Shown here piece by piece: positions 24,600-39,787 of a stretch of 64,000 nt of DNA (the stretch's first letter is position 1; the number at the start of each line of letters is the position of its first letter). The notes under the pieces are model-generated. The model ran no database searches, was not told the origin of the DNA, and saw nothing but the letters and a program-made list of their open reading frames with translations. The translations under genes and the position numbers were made by a program. The stretch comes from Octopus vulgaris (lineage: Eukaryota): the NCBI GenBank assembly GCA_951406725.2, contig OX597817.1:79236001-79300000 (forward strand), given 5' to 3'.

Positions 24600-26582
24600 A
24601 TGTGTTCAGTTTTTCCCTAAATCTAACATGCATGTGTATCATTACAATGTCTTTATAGAAACGAGTCTCCTGGTAAACACTGCATTGAAAAGTGTGCACA
24701 GACATAGGCCGAATAGTTGGCGGAGGTTCGTTTTCCATGGTTTTGCAAATGAGATTTGAGCCCAGCAAAAGAAAGGCATGGTTTGTCACAGACTGAGTAC
24801 ACAAAAAGGTCATTGTCATTCATCTTCTCGATCATTAATTCTTCCTTAGATCTCTTTTTTAGTCTTACATGCGTTATCCTGGCCTCTTCAAATGCTTTCA
24901 CTCCACTCCATACTTTTGTTCGCCATCCAACTCGATCCGAAGCAAGGGTTTCTATGTCTTCTGGATCCATTCCAAGTGACTTCATTGAAGTCCTTATGCC
25001 GTCCTTAAACCTTTTTTTAGGTTTACGCCGACAGCGTTTCCCCTCTACAAGCTCACCATAAGACAGTTGTTTCGACATGTGTTCATCCGCCAATCGAAGA
25101 ATATGGTCACACCATCTCATTTAGTTCCTAAAAATCATAGTTTGAAGTGATGCATGCAGATGCAAGGACATCTGTGTTTGGAGTAAAAGAACTCCATTTA
25201 ATGTTTAAAATGCGATAAAGGCATTTTTGGAGGAAATGTTCTAACAATTTAAAATAACTATCATAACAAGTCCATGTTTCACAAGAATACAACAGAAATG
25301 GTAAGACAAATGATTTGTAAAGAGCCAGCTTTGTATTCTTACTTATATGTCGCTGACACCAAACGCGTGACTCCAAGCCACCAAATGCATTTGCTGCCCT
25401 TTGAATTCGCAGATGTATTTCTGTATGAAGATTTCCATTATTTTGTACAGAGCTTCCAAGGTAGATGAACGAATCGACAACCTCAAGTAGCTTACCCTTA
25501 ACAAAAGTTTTAGTGGGGTTACAAATAAGCACGACACGCAGGTTGATGCATAACAACTGTTGTTTTTTCCAAGTTCTTGGTCAAACCAAAATTATCACAA
25601 GCTGAGTCAAATGCAGACCTATTTCAGAATGACTGACAAGCTCGCAATCGTCAGCGTATAATAGTTCCCTAATGAGTAAAGTAAAAACCTTCGTTTTGAA
25701 TTTCTGTCTGCTCAGATTAAAAGCATTCCCTGTTGTTCAATATTTTATGTAAATACCCTCCTCGGAGTTTTGAAAAGCATATGGCAACACAATAGCAAAG
25801 TATATTGCAAATAAGGTTGGCGCATCAAGGTCTCCTTGCTTTACTCCATTTTCCACGGCAAATGATTCGGAGAGCCTACCACCAAAGTTAACTCTAGCTT
25901 TCATATCTTGATGCAAAGCCCTGATCATGTTCACAATTTTTTCTGAGCATCCTATTTTCCTTAGAATTCGCAACAGAGCATTTCGATTAACAGTATCGAA
26001 TGCTTTGCTCAAATCAACAAGACAATGGTATAGAGCAAGAGTCTGTTCAATACACTTTTCTTGTAATTGTCTGATAGTAAATATACAATCAGCTGTGCCC
26101 CTGGAGGAACGAAAACCACACTGAGACTCAAACACTATATTTGGAACTATGAAGGTATTTAAACGTTCTAACAAAATGCGGACAAGTACCTTTCCAACCA
26201 CAGACAAAAGCGAAATCCCACGAAAATTACAACACAGATCCTTTGGCCCCGATTTATACAATGGAACTAAAATGGCATCAATCCAGTCTTGAGACACTTT
26301 CTCAGTTCTCCAACAGTGACAAATTAATATATTTAAGATTTCAAACCTTTTGTCACCCCCATATTTCAAGACTTCTGCACAGATTCCATCAGATCCTGGA
26401 GACTTATTGTTATTCAGCTTATTCACAGCTAAATAAATGTCATTTAGAGTTGGTTCAAATGCAATCTATTCTATAACTGGAAGTTGTTCGATTTTTTTCT
26501 ATCGTCCTCATGTTAGTGTATGATGGTCTATTCAAGAGTGCAGAAAAATGTTCTACCCAGTGCTTGTGAATAGAAGCGGTGT
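24600..26582 (-). mobile_element. RTE-clade LINE, 5'-truncated and disrupted
   Basis: RT motifs KSPGSDG, NFRGISLLS, QCGFR, DLSKAFD, GVKQG, and YADD near 25650. Also LLYSCETW, RWCDHILR..QLSYGEL, and C-terminal C2H2-like segments. Confidence 0.95.
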
Positions 26583-26779
26583 CATACATACATACATACA
26601 TACATACATACATACATACATACATACATACATACATACATACACACATACATACACACATACATACATATACACATACACACGCATGATAATTTCGAGC
26701 ATATTCTGCTGGCTGGTACGAATAAAAGTGCATATATCTACATATACATCTCTCACTTCCTCCCTCTCTCTTTCTTTTT

Positions 26780-26818
<39 letters not shown>

Positions 26819-26839
26819 CTCTCTCCCTCTCTCCCCTCC

Positions 26840-26908
<69 letters not shown>

Positions 26909-27293
26909 TACATATACATACATTCATATATATATATATATATATATATATCCATACATACATACATACACACATATATACATACACATATACACACACA
27001 TATATATATATGTATGTATATATACATATGTATATATATATATATATACATTTGTATATACATAAACATATACATAAACATATAACAATACTGAAAACAG
27101 TATACTTGTAAGAAAACAATATATTTGAAATGGAAAAAAGAACCATGTCACAACCAATAATAACTGAATAATGAGTCTCTTGCTTACTGACAAAACAAGT
27201 GAAAAATTGTAGTTTAGGAAGTTTAAAAGCCATTCTCTCTGAATGTTTATAGGTTTCCCTCCATATATATGCATGTATAGCTATATCTACATG

Positions 27294-27375
<82 letters not shown>

Positions 27376-27440
27376 CCTACCTACCTACCTACCTACCTAC
27401 CTACCTGCCTACCTACCTACCTACCTATCTATCTATCTAA

Positions 27441-27479
<39 letters not shown>

Positions 27480-28090
27480 CCTACCTACCTATCTATCTAT
27501 CTATCTATATATATATCTATCTGCCTGTCTGTCTGTCTGTCTGTCTGTCTATCTCTATCTACAAACGTAGAATAAGAGATAGATATAATGCATATATATA
27601 TTAGCATAGATATATTTACATACAATGTATAAATATGCATACACACATATATATTCATGCACAAATATACACACACTTATACACACAGATATTTCGTGTT
27701 TAAAACCATACGCTGTTGGGTGAGAATTTGACAGAAACATGGATATAAACATACAAAGGCACATCGATCATCATCCTCATCATCATCTACGTCATCTTCA
27801 TCATCATCTTCATCATCACCAGCATCGTTGCCGTTGTTGATTACCGTCATCATCATTACTATCTTCGTTATCGTCACTGTTCATAATCGTCGTTTGCATC
27901 ATCATGGTGGCCATCGCCATCATCCTCATTAACATGAATTGATTTTTTTTGTTTTCTGATTTTGTATTCCCATGTAGACATAGGATGTAAGAGTCTGCAG
28001 TACACCATATTTTCGATGTCTACACACACACACACACACATACATAGGTACGTGCATGTGAATGTGTACGCATCAGCTTGAATGAGTCCA

Positions 28091-28156
<66 letters not shown>

Positions 28157-28852
28157 ATGTATGTATATATATACATACACATATGTATGTACATGTATTT
28201 ATATATGTATATGTGCATCTATATATATATATATATATACATATATAAGAAATAGACAATAATAAACAAATAATCAAAAGCAAAGAGAACTAAACGAAAG
28301 TAAAGTAAACCTCACAAATATAAAATAAAAAGCAAATATAAATACTAAAACTAACAAATACCCAATTCCCTTATCGTTCACCACCACTCTCCCTTTTTTT
28401 TTCTTCTTTTTGTATCTCATTAAGCCACTGTTCCGAAGACCTCCTTGCAACAACCTTCCCGTAGTTTTTAATTTTAATCTTAGTAAACATTAAACTCTGA
28501 ACTCTTTCCAACGTACTTCAGCTATCTCTAACTACATACATATCATGAAGACAATCTCCTTTAGCTTGAAAGCAACATAGTTCCTGCATAGAATGACCGA
28601 ACGGCATGTGATACGAGTAGCTCTTACTAGTAATATAATTGGTTATGGTCAAGACCACTTAGGAGTTTTCACTGTAGATTCTCTAGAAGCTGAACTGTGC
28701 TTCTGTAAATCTATAATATACGCTTGGCGTGCATTTGTTGGTGATTGTTGGATTCCTTTCTATGTCTTCCCTCAGTTTGTCGAAATCTGGTTTGATTTGC
28801 TTCGGAATTGATTTTCATATGCATAATGATTGATTATCTGTGTCTTCATGAG

Positions 28853-28970
<118 letters not shown>

Positions 28971-28984
28971 AATACAAGCATATA

Positions 28985-29467
28985 TACTTTTTTATTCTTT
29001 TACTCTTTTACTTGTTTCAGTCATTTGACTGCGGCCATGCTGGAGCATCGCCTTTAGTCGAGCAAATCGACCCCAGGGCTTATTCTTTGGAATAAGTATA
29101 AGTACTTATACCAAAGAATAAGTCCTGGGGGTCGATTTGTTCGACATATTCTTTGGAAGCCTAGTACTTATTCTATCGGTCTTTTTGCCGAACCGCTAGG
29201 CTACGGGGACGTAAACATACCACCATCGGTTGTCAAGCAAAGCTAGGGGGACAAACACAGACATACAAAGATATACACACACATACATATATATACATAT
29301 ATACGACGGGCTTCTTTCAGTTTCTGTCTTCCAAATCCTCTCACAAGGCTTTGGTCGGCCCGAGGTTTTAGTAGAGGACACTTGCCCAAGATCCAACGCA
29401 GTGGGACTGAACCCGGAACCATGTGGCTGGTAAGCAAGCTACTTACCACTCAGCTACTCCTGCGCCT
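28985..29467 (-). mobile_element. Family A SINE with internal inversion
   Basis: Matches family A. Fold-back at 29057-29145. Confidence 0.85.
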
Positions 29468-29504
29468 ATATATATTTATGTATGTATGTATGTATGTATG
29501 TATG

Positions 29505-29582
<78 letters not shown>

Positions 29583-29704
29583 GAGAGAGAGAGAGAGAGA
29601 TTGATAGATAGATAGATAGATAGATATGCATTTATATATTTATAAATATATATATATATGCATTTATTTATATATGTATATATATGTTAACATGTATGTA
29701 TTTT

Positions 29705-30060
29705 TAGTTCTTTTAGTCGTTTGATTGCGGGCATGCTGGAGCACCACCTTGAACATTCTTTTGTTTTTAGTGGAATGAATCAATTCCAATACTATTTTAC
29801 GTTGAGCCTGGTACTTATGCTATCGGTTTATTTTGCCGAACCGCTAAGTTACGGGGATCTTAACACACCAAACGGTGGTGGAGGGGACAACACAGATATA
29901 AAGATGCACACGCGCGCGCGCACGCACCCACACATATATACGACAGGCTTATTTCAGTTTCCGTCCAACAAAAGACCCGATAATATAGTAGAAGACATTT
30001 GCCCAAGGTGCCACACAGTGAGACTGAACTCGGAAGCAAGCTTCTTACCACACAGCCACA
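29705..30060 (-). mobile_element. Family A SINE, diverged
   Basis: atgctggagcaccacc, gccgaaccgctaagttacgggga and agaagacatttgcccaaggtgcc blocks. Confidence 0.75.
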
Positions 30061-30069
30061 CACACACAT

Positions 30070-30600
30070 ACACAACAGAAAAAAAGATGGTGTAGGCACA
30101 CGCCAGAAAAGATCACAGAAAATGAGAAAGCAACCATACCCTGGGATATGCCGATACACACAGGTAGAGAAACTTTGGTCAATAGACAAGGAGATAGTTG
30201 TCAGAGATCATCAAGAAAAAAATGCTTTCTAATCGATGTTTCAATACCAACAGATGACAACGTTTCTCTAAAAGAAACGGAGAAACTTTCAAAATATAAA
30301 GATCTGGAAATAGAGGTAACACGAATTTGGAATCTAAAAACAGAAACAATTCCTATCATAGCAGGTGCATTAGGTATGATAAAAATAATATGCAGACAAA
30401 TACATAACAAAAACAGCAAGACTAACAAGTACATATAACATACAGAAAATAGCAGCACTAGGCAGCACACACATCCTACGTAAAATACATTCAATACAGT
30501 AAAAATAAGAGCATCACAACAAACCACAGCACATAACCAAGGAACGCGGAGCTGCGTTCGGTAGTGTAGTGAAAGCACGTGACAAAAATAAGACTAATGG
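30070..30600 (+). mobile_element. R4/Dong-like LINE 3' fragment (restriction-like endonuclease)
   Basis: CFLIDVSIP..KLSKYKDLEIE..PIIAGALG. Followed by (CAA/TAA)n. Paralog of 49921-50515. Confidence 0.85.
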
Positions 30601-30602
30601 AT

Positions 30603-30635
<33 letters not shown>

Positions 30636-30751
30636 AACAACAATAACAACAACAACAATAACAACAACAACAACAATAATAATAACAATAACGATAATAA
30701 TAATAATAATAGTAATAATAATAATAATAATAATAACAATGATAATAATAA

Positions 30752-30901
30752 TCCTTCCTACTATATGCACAAGGCCAGCAACTTCGACCCCGAAATGATG
30801 AAAGGTAAAGTCGACCTCAGTGTAATTTGAACTCAGAACGTAAAGACGGACGAAATGCTAAACATTTTGCCCGACGGGCTTACAATTCTCCCAGCTCACC
30901 A

Positions 30902-30955
<54 letters not shown>

Positions 30956-31290
30956 TCTACTAAAGGCACAAGGCCTGAAATTTTAGGGGAGGGGACTAGT
31001 CGATTACATCGACCCTCGTGTTTCACTGGTTCTTCATTTATCGGCCCCGAAATTATGAAAGGCAAAGTCAACCCCGGCGTAACTTGAACTGAGAACGTAG
31101 AGACGTTCTGAATGATAATAATAATAATAATAATAATACTTTCAACTATCGGCACATGGCCTGAAATGTTTTAAATCCTCGAATGTATGAAAGTGAAAGC
31201 CGACCTTGGCAGAATTTGAACTCAGAATTTAAAGCCTGAAAAAATATTCTGAAGCATTTTGTTCGGCGTGGTAACGACTCCGCCATATTA
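30752..31290. mobile_element. Cluster of family B SINE fragments separated by (TAA)n
   Basis: Repeated gaaaggcaaagtc.acc.cggc..aatttgaactcagaacg blocks on the minus strand. Confidence 0.7.
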
Positions 31291-31766
31291 CATATATGCA
31301 CAAATAACTGAGGAGTTAACATGTGTACTTTGCAACCACGTGGTTCCAAGTTCAGTTTGAATATACAGTGTTTTGAGAAAATGTCTTTTATATACCCTAC
31401 TTCATTTAACTCATTAAGCACAGATTAATTTTTTTAATCATAAAATAGAGAAGGGAGTTTTATTTCCAATGACGCAACGCAACAGTATGCATATAGCAAC
31501 CTTTTTTTTTTGTCGACAAATATCCAGAAAACATTAAAGAGTCTTTCAACGTTAAGCAAACGGCCGGATCATTCCGAAATGTCCTAGATTTTTTTTGTTT
31601 ACTACTGAAGAAATAATGAAGACATGGGTTTCTGAAGTTTAGTGGATTTTCGTTAAAGTGAACAAACATAAATAGAGCAAAAACATGCGATAACGTAAAA
31701 GAGCACACAAAAAAAGGAAAACAAATGAAGAAATGCCAGTCTTTTTGGCATTGGCATATTGCCAAA

Positions 31767-31816
<50 letters not shown>

Positions 31817-32563
31817 GGTTGTATAGAGAGATAAGATGAAAGAGTAAAAAAAATAAATGTGAGAGTGAAAAAGACAATATGGCGAGAAAGGGGAATGCAA
31901 TGGGAATATATTTGAAGAATTAATCCGTGTGTTTTCTCTGCCAGTGTGTCGGCTGCTTTAGAGACCCTCTTGCAGTCAACTTTTTAAATACACTTCTAAA
32001 GCGTTCCTTTGGCGGGAACCAGCGACCTTAAAGTAAGGGTTTGCTGATAACCAAAAGACTGTCGCCCATGTCTTGCAACATATTGCCAATACTTGCAAGA
32101 TTCTTCTTTCCTGCAGATCAAAAAGACTTGCTGCGGCATCTAGCCAAGTGTTTTCTTTTGTGTCAGCCAATATCCAGTATAAATATTAGGAGAGAAGATC
32201 TGTTTTTGAAATTGTATTTAGCTACATGCCAATACTTAGAAATCCTCTTTTTTTCCACTTATACTATTATGCGCGCGCGCACACACGCGCATACAAACAC
32301 ATACACATACACAAACAAACACACACACACAAACAAACACAGACACACGCATACACAGAGATACACAAACATACATGCTCTCTCAACACTCGAGTTTGTG
32401 TGTACGCACACATACGTACACACAAACGCGATTTGTGTATGTATGTGTGTATACAAATACATACATATATATACATATATATTTCTGTGTGTGTATCTAC
32501 GTGTATATGTATGCATATATATGTGTGCGCGTGAGTATTTATATTTATATGTATATGTGCATG

Positions 32564-32601
<38 letters not shown>

Positions 32602-32993
32602 CATGTATTATATATGCATATATGTATATATATATGTGCATATATGTATATGTATGCATATATATCTATGTATATTTATATATACATATATAAATATACA
32701 TATTATATATATATATATATACATACAGTGTATATATATGTATATACATATATACATACGTACGTATGTATGTATGCTTTTACAGATATGTAGTATGTAC
32801 ACATAAATATTCATGTAGCAGTGTGTGTCCGTTTGTGTACGTATATGTGTGTCAATGTATTTGTGAAAGAAATTTAAAATTGCGAAACAATAATTTATAA
32901 TGCAGGATATCTTATTATATAACAATAAAAAATGAAAGTATGTGGCATTGCTGTGCACAGACACACCCATACACACACTCACACACATATGTA

Positions 32994-33043
<50 letters not shown>

Positions 33044-33394
33044 AATGTATGTATGTATGTATACACACGCACATTGATGCATACATCATACGTATTACAT
33101 ATTTACATATACAAATATTAATATATATACATGAACATACATGTTTCCCTTGAAATAAAAATCGTGCTATGAAATTTTGCTGCCGTTGTTTGTTTTGGTT
33201 TGTTTCAAGTTTGGTTAAAGGAAATTTGTTAAAATCTATTTGATTCAAAACTATAATAAAATTATAATTTAAAAGAAGCATTGAAAATTTTCAAGTTATT
33301 GTTAAGGACGTTTTTATATGCAAAATACAAATTTTCAAATTGAAATATTTTGTGTGTGCGTGTTTGTGTATATATATATATTTGTATATATATA

Positions 33395-33451
<57 letters not shown>

Positions 33452-33553
33452 ATTATTGCATATATGTGTGTATGTATATAGACATATACATATATATCCC
33501 TATATATGTACGTTTATACATAAATATATCTGCATATATATATCATATTATAT

Positions 33554-33590
<37 letters not shown>

Positions 33591-36018
33591 TACATGTATA
33601 TATACCTGTTTGTGAATGTGTGTATACATGTATATATATATATGCGTGTGTGCGTGTGTGTATAAACATATATATTCACATACGTATATATGCATACAAG
33701 CATGCATACATGAATGTATACATGCCATAAAAGTCATTCGTCATTAACATCACATGACTGTAGCTCAGCCAATCTGATCGATTTGTCAGCAGAAACCTCC
33801 CAACCAAATGGCTTATAGAATGTTCTTGAACTTTTATCGTTGGGCAAATCTAAGAAAAAAAGAAAGCTACCAAATTCTATAGGGAGTTATGCCATTTTTC
33901 TGAACACTACACGTTCTTGTATTTGTTAATTCTCAAACGCCGTCATTTATACAACTGGTATAAAAATGTATAGATTTTGTTCTCAGGTTATTAAATAAAG
34001 TAGAATATTATACTAGATTTAGTGTGATTTTGTGAACTGAATATACAGCGGACATATGTTGTTTATCGTTGATTATTCATTAACTTGACAACTACACTAA
34101 ATTCTTGCCTTTTACTTAATTACGTATGACTTAACAATGACTGAACTAGCTGTTGTAATTACATTATCTTATTAGTGTTTGCCATATCCATTTTTACAAT
34201 CTAAACGTCTGATAAAATAATTTTTATCGGACCAATTCTTTCTGCTACAATGAGTTTATTATGACAAAATAGTTGACTCCACCTGCTACGCAAAGCAACC
34301 AGTTTTCAACTCTTATAAATTCACTCTTTGCTGTTTCAAAAACCAAGAAAGCACGAAGCGTACAATTGGTTTCTTAGAGATATTATTATTATTTGTTACT
34401 TGTTTCAGTCTTTGGAGTGTGGCTATGCTAGGACACTGCATTAAAAGTTATTCAGTCGAAGAAATTAATCCCAGTAATTATTCTTTTAAACCTAGTATTT
34501 ATTGTATTGGGCCTTTTTGCTGAACCTTTAACTTACATATGCAAAACACCGACCGTCAAGCGGCGGGTGAGACAGACACAACGAAACACGCATATCATTT
34601 GGTTTGGGTTTTAATGATAGTGATTATCAACTCCGCAGTCTCCAGTGGCTATTTGACTAGCAGAGTACTCTGTAAGAATACTGATTAGTATTCCTGATTC
34701 ATCATCCTGTCAATAGTGTTATCTACACAATCTCGATATATTTAATCATGTTAGTCTGGGTAACAACGCTTCAAACCAATAGTTCCTTCCACCTGATGAA
34801 ATGGCAGGGGATTTAGCATATAAAATTATGAAAATTATGCAAAAGTACTTCATATTATGTAATACATCATCTGCAAATAAATTACCATGCTCCTGAAACA
34901 TTTATTGTGTAAATTGAAGTAATCTATTCATATTCATTTATTTTATATATATATGTATAGCTATAGATAGATAGATAGATACGATGAGCTTCCGCACAGT
35001 TTCTGTCAACCAAATTTATTCACAAAGCATTGGTGCCACAGGACTATAGTTGAAGACAGGTTTCCAAGTTACATAAAAATAAAAATGGAGCATACTAATT
35101 AGATCAGACGAGAAAATAAATATAAACAAAAGGTTCTTTTTTTATTGAATTTAGATAAAATACTGTCTAATAAAATCATTGTTTCCATATGTCTTTTTGG
35201 ATACTTCGACATCTGGGAATAAAGAAAGTTCACTGGGATTTGTAACTGGTTGTTGATTTTATCAGTAGCTGTGGAAGAAAAGCTAATCTGGGAGGGTGTT
35301 TCAGTGGTAATCATTTTGAAGAAGAATGAACTGGACAAAATGATTGGTGTAAGGGTAATGAAAAGCGGAAAGGTGGGCTAGGAAAATATGTTTCTTGATG
35401 TTTCTGTTGTTGCATACAGCCAGCTCAGCATTGGTTGAACCGGACCATTAATTAAAGACTTTCCATTTGTGACCTTTTTGTTCTTTCTGCACATCAGAAA
35501 GTGTATAGTCACTTCTAAAGCAGTCGATTGTGATATTTGTTTCGTTACTATTTCATGCATGTTAAGTAATTACAGTGCTTCTCTCATTGGCTTCATTGAT
35601 GTGTTTAGATGGATGTAGTGGTGTTGTTATTGATAATAGTGTTGGGGATTGTAGTGGTTATTGAGGTGGTGGTGACTTTGATGGGGATTGTTGTGATTGT
35701 AGAGCTGATAATGGTGCTCAGTTAGCAACAAGTGCAAAGGAGCAGAAACTGTTTTGCAAAGCTCACAAAATTGTCAATACACAAGTTGGTTGTCAGAATT
35801 ATTAGATATCAGACTATGGATGACTAAATTACAACAGGTATATAACCCATTGTCTGTATTATAGTGCATTGTTGTACTATTCAAAACTTCTTATTCTTTA
35901 GAATTATTAGAGTAATAAATGAAGAATTTGCAGCAATTAATTACAATTTTACTTAATAAGTTCATATCACGCTGAGGTCAGTTTTGCTATGCATTGTTCT
36001 GGGGATGATAAAATATAG

Positions 36019-36336
36019 CAGTGGTTCCCAAAATTTTTCGGGTTTCCGCTCCCTTGACATCCAGGCCGATTTCCTAGCCCCACCACCCCACCCCAACTAA
36101 CCTTCACAAACATGGAGCTCTTTCTTAAGCAAATTCAAAGCAACTATATTTCACAAATAAAACTTAACCTAACGAAGCCATTATTTTGTTGTTTTTACAT
36201 GAATCGCTGCCCCATTATCGCCCCACTTTTTCCATGAATCGCTATCCGATAATCGCCCCACTTTTCTTCAATACTCCCTCGGAACTTTCCACCACCTCCA
36301 GGCTGGGGGCAATACCGCCCACTTTGGGAACCACTG
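36019..36336. mobile_element. hAT (Charlie-type) MITE nested in a family B SINE
   Basis: TIR cagtggttcccaaa / tttgggaaccactg. 8-bp TSD aaatatag / aaataaag. Confidence 0.85.
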
Positions 36337-36936
36337 AAATAAAGAATTGGTTATGTACTGGGGTCGATCTTCCAGTAATACACCCATCTATGAAATGTCA
36401 TTCATAGGCTTTGGTTGATCTCAGAATCAAGTAGAACATTCATATTATATTACTTCTTGTTAAACTTTAATTATTTACATACACCCTAGCAGAAAAGCTT
36501 AATGACATATAATATAAACATGTTTGTTCACATGTAACGTAATTAACTGTTGAGTATAATATAATATCCGCCGAGATTGACTTTTGCCTTTGATCTTTCG
36601 AGGGCCGAAAAATTAAGTACCAGTTGAGCGCTGGGGTCGATGTAATCGACTTAACTCCTCCCATGAAATTACTGGCCTTGTGCCAACATTTGAAACGGAA
36701 ACAATAAAATATCTGGACACGTATTTATTGTGTGTTTTTTTTCTTTTTGAGAACTAATTATTTATGACACCGTCAAACTGCGATGACACTCAAAACTATG
36801 CAGACATAAAGCAGACCTTTGAAGCACACAACCAAATCTGTGTTTCATGTTTTTTGCGATATAGTTATTATTCTATGTTTCGTTTTTGAATTTGGTTTGC
36901 AAGATTCTTTATGTGAGTTCATGTATTGAACTATAT

Positions 36937-37150
36937 ATATTCTGTTGCATCTGGGGAGAGTCATTTTGTTTTTGTGCCTTATAATTTAAAACACTCACTG
37001 GTAAAATTTTCACTTATTTCTAATTATTATTTTCCTAAAATTTTCGTTGCGTCTTGTAACCTTTTCAAAGAAATAAGTGGAAATTTTACGGGTGAGTGTG
37101 TTAAATTATAAGGCACAAAAAGAAAATGACTCTCAGACACAACAGAATAT
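36937..37150. repeat. Inverted repeat (about 83-bp arms) with a decayed hammerhead in the spacer
   Basis: 36937-37020 versus 37070-37150. Spacer on the minus strand reads TTGAAAA-G-GTTAC-AAGAC-GCAAC-GAAA-ATTT-TA-GGAAA. Confidence 0.8.
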
Positions 37151-38047
37151 TATTCTATGGTTCTTTCATAAAGCTTCTGGCTCAACTTCAATAGCCAAGT
37201 TGTAAGTATTTCACTCATATGCTTATTGTTCATGAGAGAGTTTTAAAGCTTCACACCTCTTCCTTTCCCCTGCTAACACTGTATAGCTAATTGAGGTGAG
37301 AGAGAGAAAAATGAAAAAAATGTCACCCAATATAGGAATTGAACTTGGAATAAAGAACGATGACACTAAATATTTACCTAGCAATTTACTGATTCGGCCT
37401 TCAGCATCATCATCCTCATCATCATTGCCATAATACATATGTAATAACAACATTAATTAGTTGCATGTAAGCATGAAAGCGTTGTTTTGGTTTGCAGACT
37501 TAATGAAATATTTCACACAAAATCTAGCAGAGCAGAAAATTGCTTTATTTTCGATCCATTAAACAAACTTAAACATAGAGAGAAGGCAAAAAAATATAAA
37601 AAAAAAACCCCAGTCAATTATAACAATCAATTGTAAAATATCTGAGAGAGGAAGAGGGAGGGGAGAGAGAAAGGGGGAGAAATAACACTGAGGTATGGAA
37701 AAGACAAAATAGTTGCAAAGTATTATCTACCTTTATATTACCTGTTCACAACTATTTTGGCAGCGAGAATGCCAAAAATATGTTTTTTTTTAAATGTAGG
37801 ACTTTTGTGTCTTTATTATTTTAGTTGTTTTGTGCTAGTTTGGGCTGTTGTAAGACAAGTAGTTTCCTAACATATTTTATTATATTTTAGGGATGCAGTT
37901 GTTATTGTGTATTCTTGTTGCTGACCATCACCATCATCGTCGTCGTCATCGTCATCGTTGTTATTGTTGTTGTTGTTATAATCATTATCACTGTTGTTTT
38001 TATTGTTGTTGTTATTATTATTATCATCATCATTATTATTATTATTA

Positions 38048-38097
<50 letters not shown>

Positions 38098-39700
38098 GTT
38101 ATTATTATTATTATTATCATCATCATCATCATTATTATTATTATTACTATGTTAAGTGTTTGTGTGTTGCTAATCAAGCAGCAAAGAATTTAGGTTGCTA
38201 GCAAAGACTAAAGAGCTATTTAGCAATTGAGAGAAGAGAGAGAAGGCGACAGAAAGACAGAGACAACTAGAGAGAGAGAGAGAGCCGACAGACAGACAAA
38301 CAAACACGTAAACAGAAGATTGACACGGAGAGGATAACACAAAATTATTTACGAAATGAATTCGGTCAATATGTCCAAATGGAATGAATAAAAGACTATT
38401 GTAAGGAACTTAGAACTGTATATCTGCAGAGTTAGTGCAAAATGCGTATGAAAATTAACACTCTTTTACATTTCTCTTAGCATAGTTTCTGTTAACATAG
38501 TTAATGCGTAGATTATTAAGAAGCAAACTCCGTTTGAAAGATAATAATTCAAAACAGATTTTTCCACTCTTCACTGAAATTGAACTTACCGTTATCGTGC
38601 GAATTTTTCAATTGAATCTATTGTTTACTAACTTATATTATCATCCTTAGAATCTTCTCATTCCCGCAAGCCTTTCTATTACGACAATGATCTTTCTCAA
38701 AAGAAAAATAAATTACTATTTATTTAGCACAATTTTATATTTCTGTGTTTGTTTTATATTACTTATATGTATCTATAAAGTGCTAAAGGTACCGTATTCA
38801 TATTTATATTGAATTTGTTAGTCTGAAAAAATACAAGCAGTTCACATTCTTCTCTTAATCTCTCTTCATAGAGAAATTATTTATAGTGGAACAAGAAAAG
38901 CTGAGATTCTAACCAAAAGTTAAACTTGAACAATTTGAATATTAGAGTTCCTTCCCTTGCTCTTCTTCACAAAAGTTGTCCATTAAGTAATACATATTTT
39001 TTTTGTCTTACTCTAATAATATTGCATAATCTGCAATATTAGGGGAATAAACATTTTTAGATTTACTATCTTAAATGTATTAGGCAATGCTTGCCTAAAT
39101 ATCAGATTAGCTTGCCATTACTTTGACTAAAGCTGGTGAAGCAATGCAATTCAAGAAAGCTAGCTAACAAAACACTCATTTGTTTTCAGTTTCCAAGCAG
39201 TGGTATACAACTATGTAGTGTAACCACAACCCCATGATACTAATTAATAGTTACTTAGTTTTCAAGAAGCCGAGAGGAGGTTAGCAATGGACACAGTACC
39301 ACGGAGTGGTGGAGTAATGAACACAAAACTTCCACAAGGACTCTCGCATACTACCATGTCATCTTCGATTCCAAGTGGTTGTCATATTTAAATGTGTATG
39401 AGTGTGTATGGATATATATTATCACAGGTACTTGAAATTAAGGATTATAAATATAAATAAACACACACATATATGTGTGAGTGTGTGTATGTTTGTGTGT
39501 GCGCGTATATATATATATATATGTATGTATGTATGTATATATATGTATATATATATATTTGTCGAAGAGCGTAGACTCCAAACGCCAAAGACTTTTTTAT
39601 CCTACCCGAGCGTTAAACTAATGCACCAGCTTGTTGTTCCCCCAAATGTTTTCATATTTTGCTTTCTGTTATTCTGAAAATTTGAACTATATATATATAT

Positions 39701-39787
<87 letters not shown>

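Noticed and set aside
35099-35560. Short minus-strand ORFs as possible host exons
   Set aside because: No domain similarity recognised, stops in all extended frames, and no convincing splice pair.
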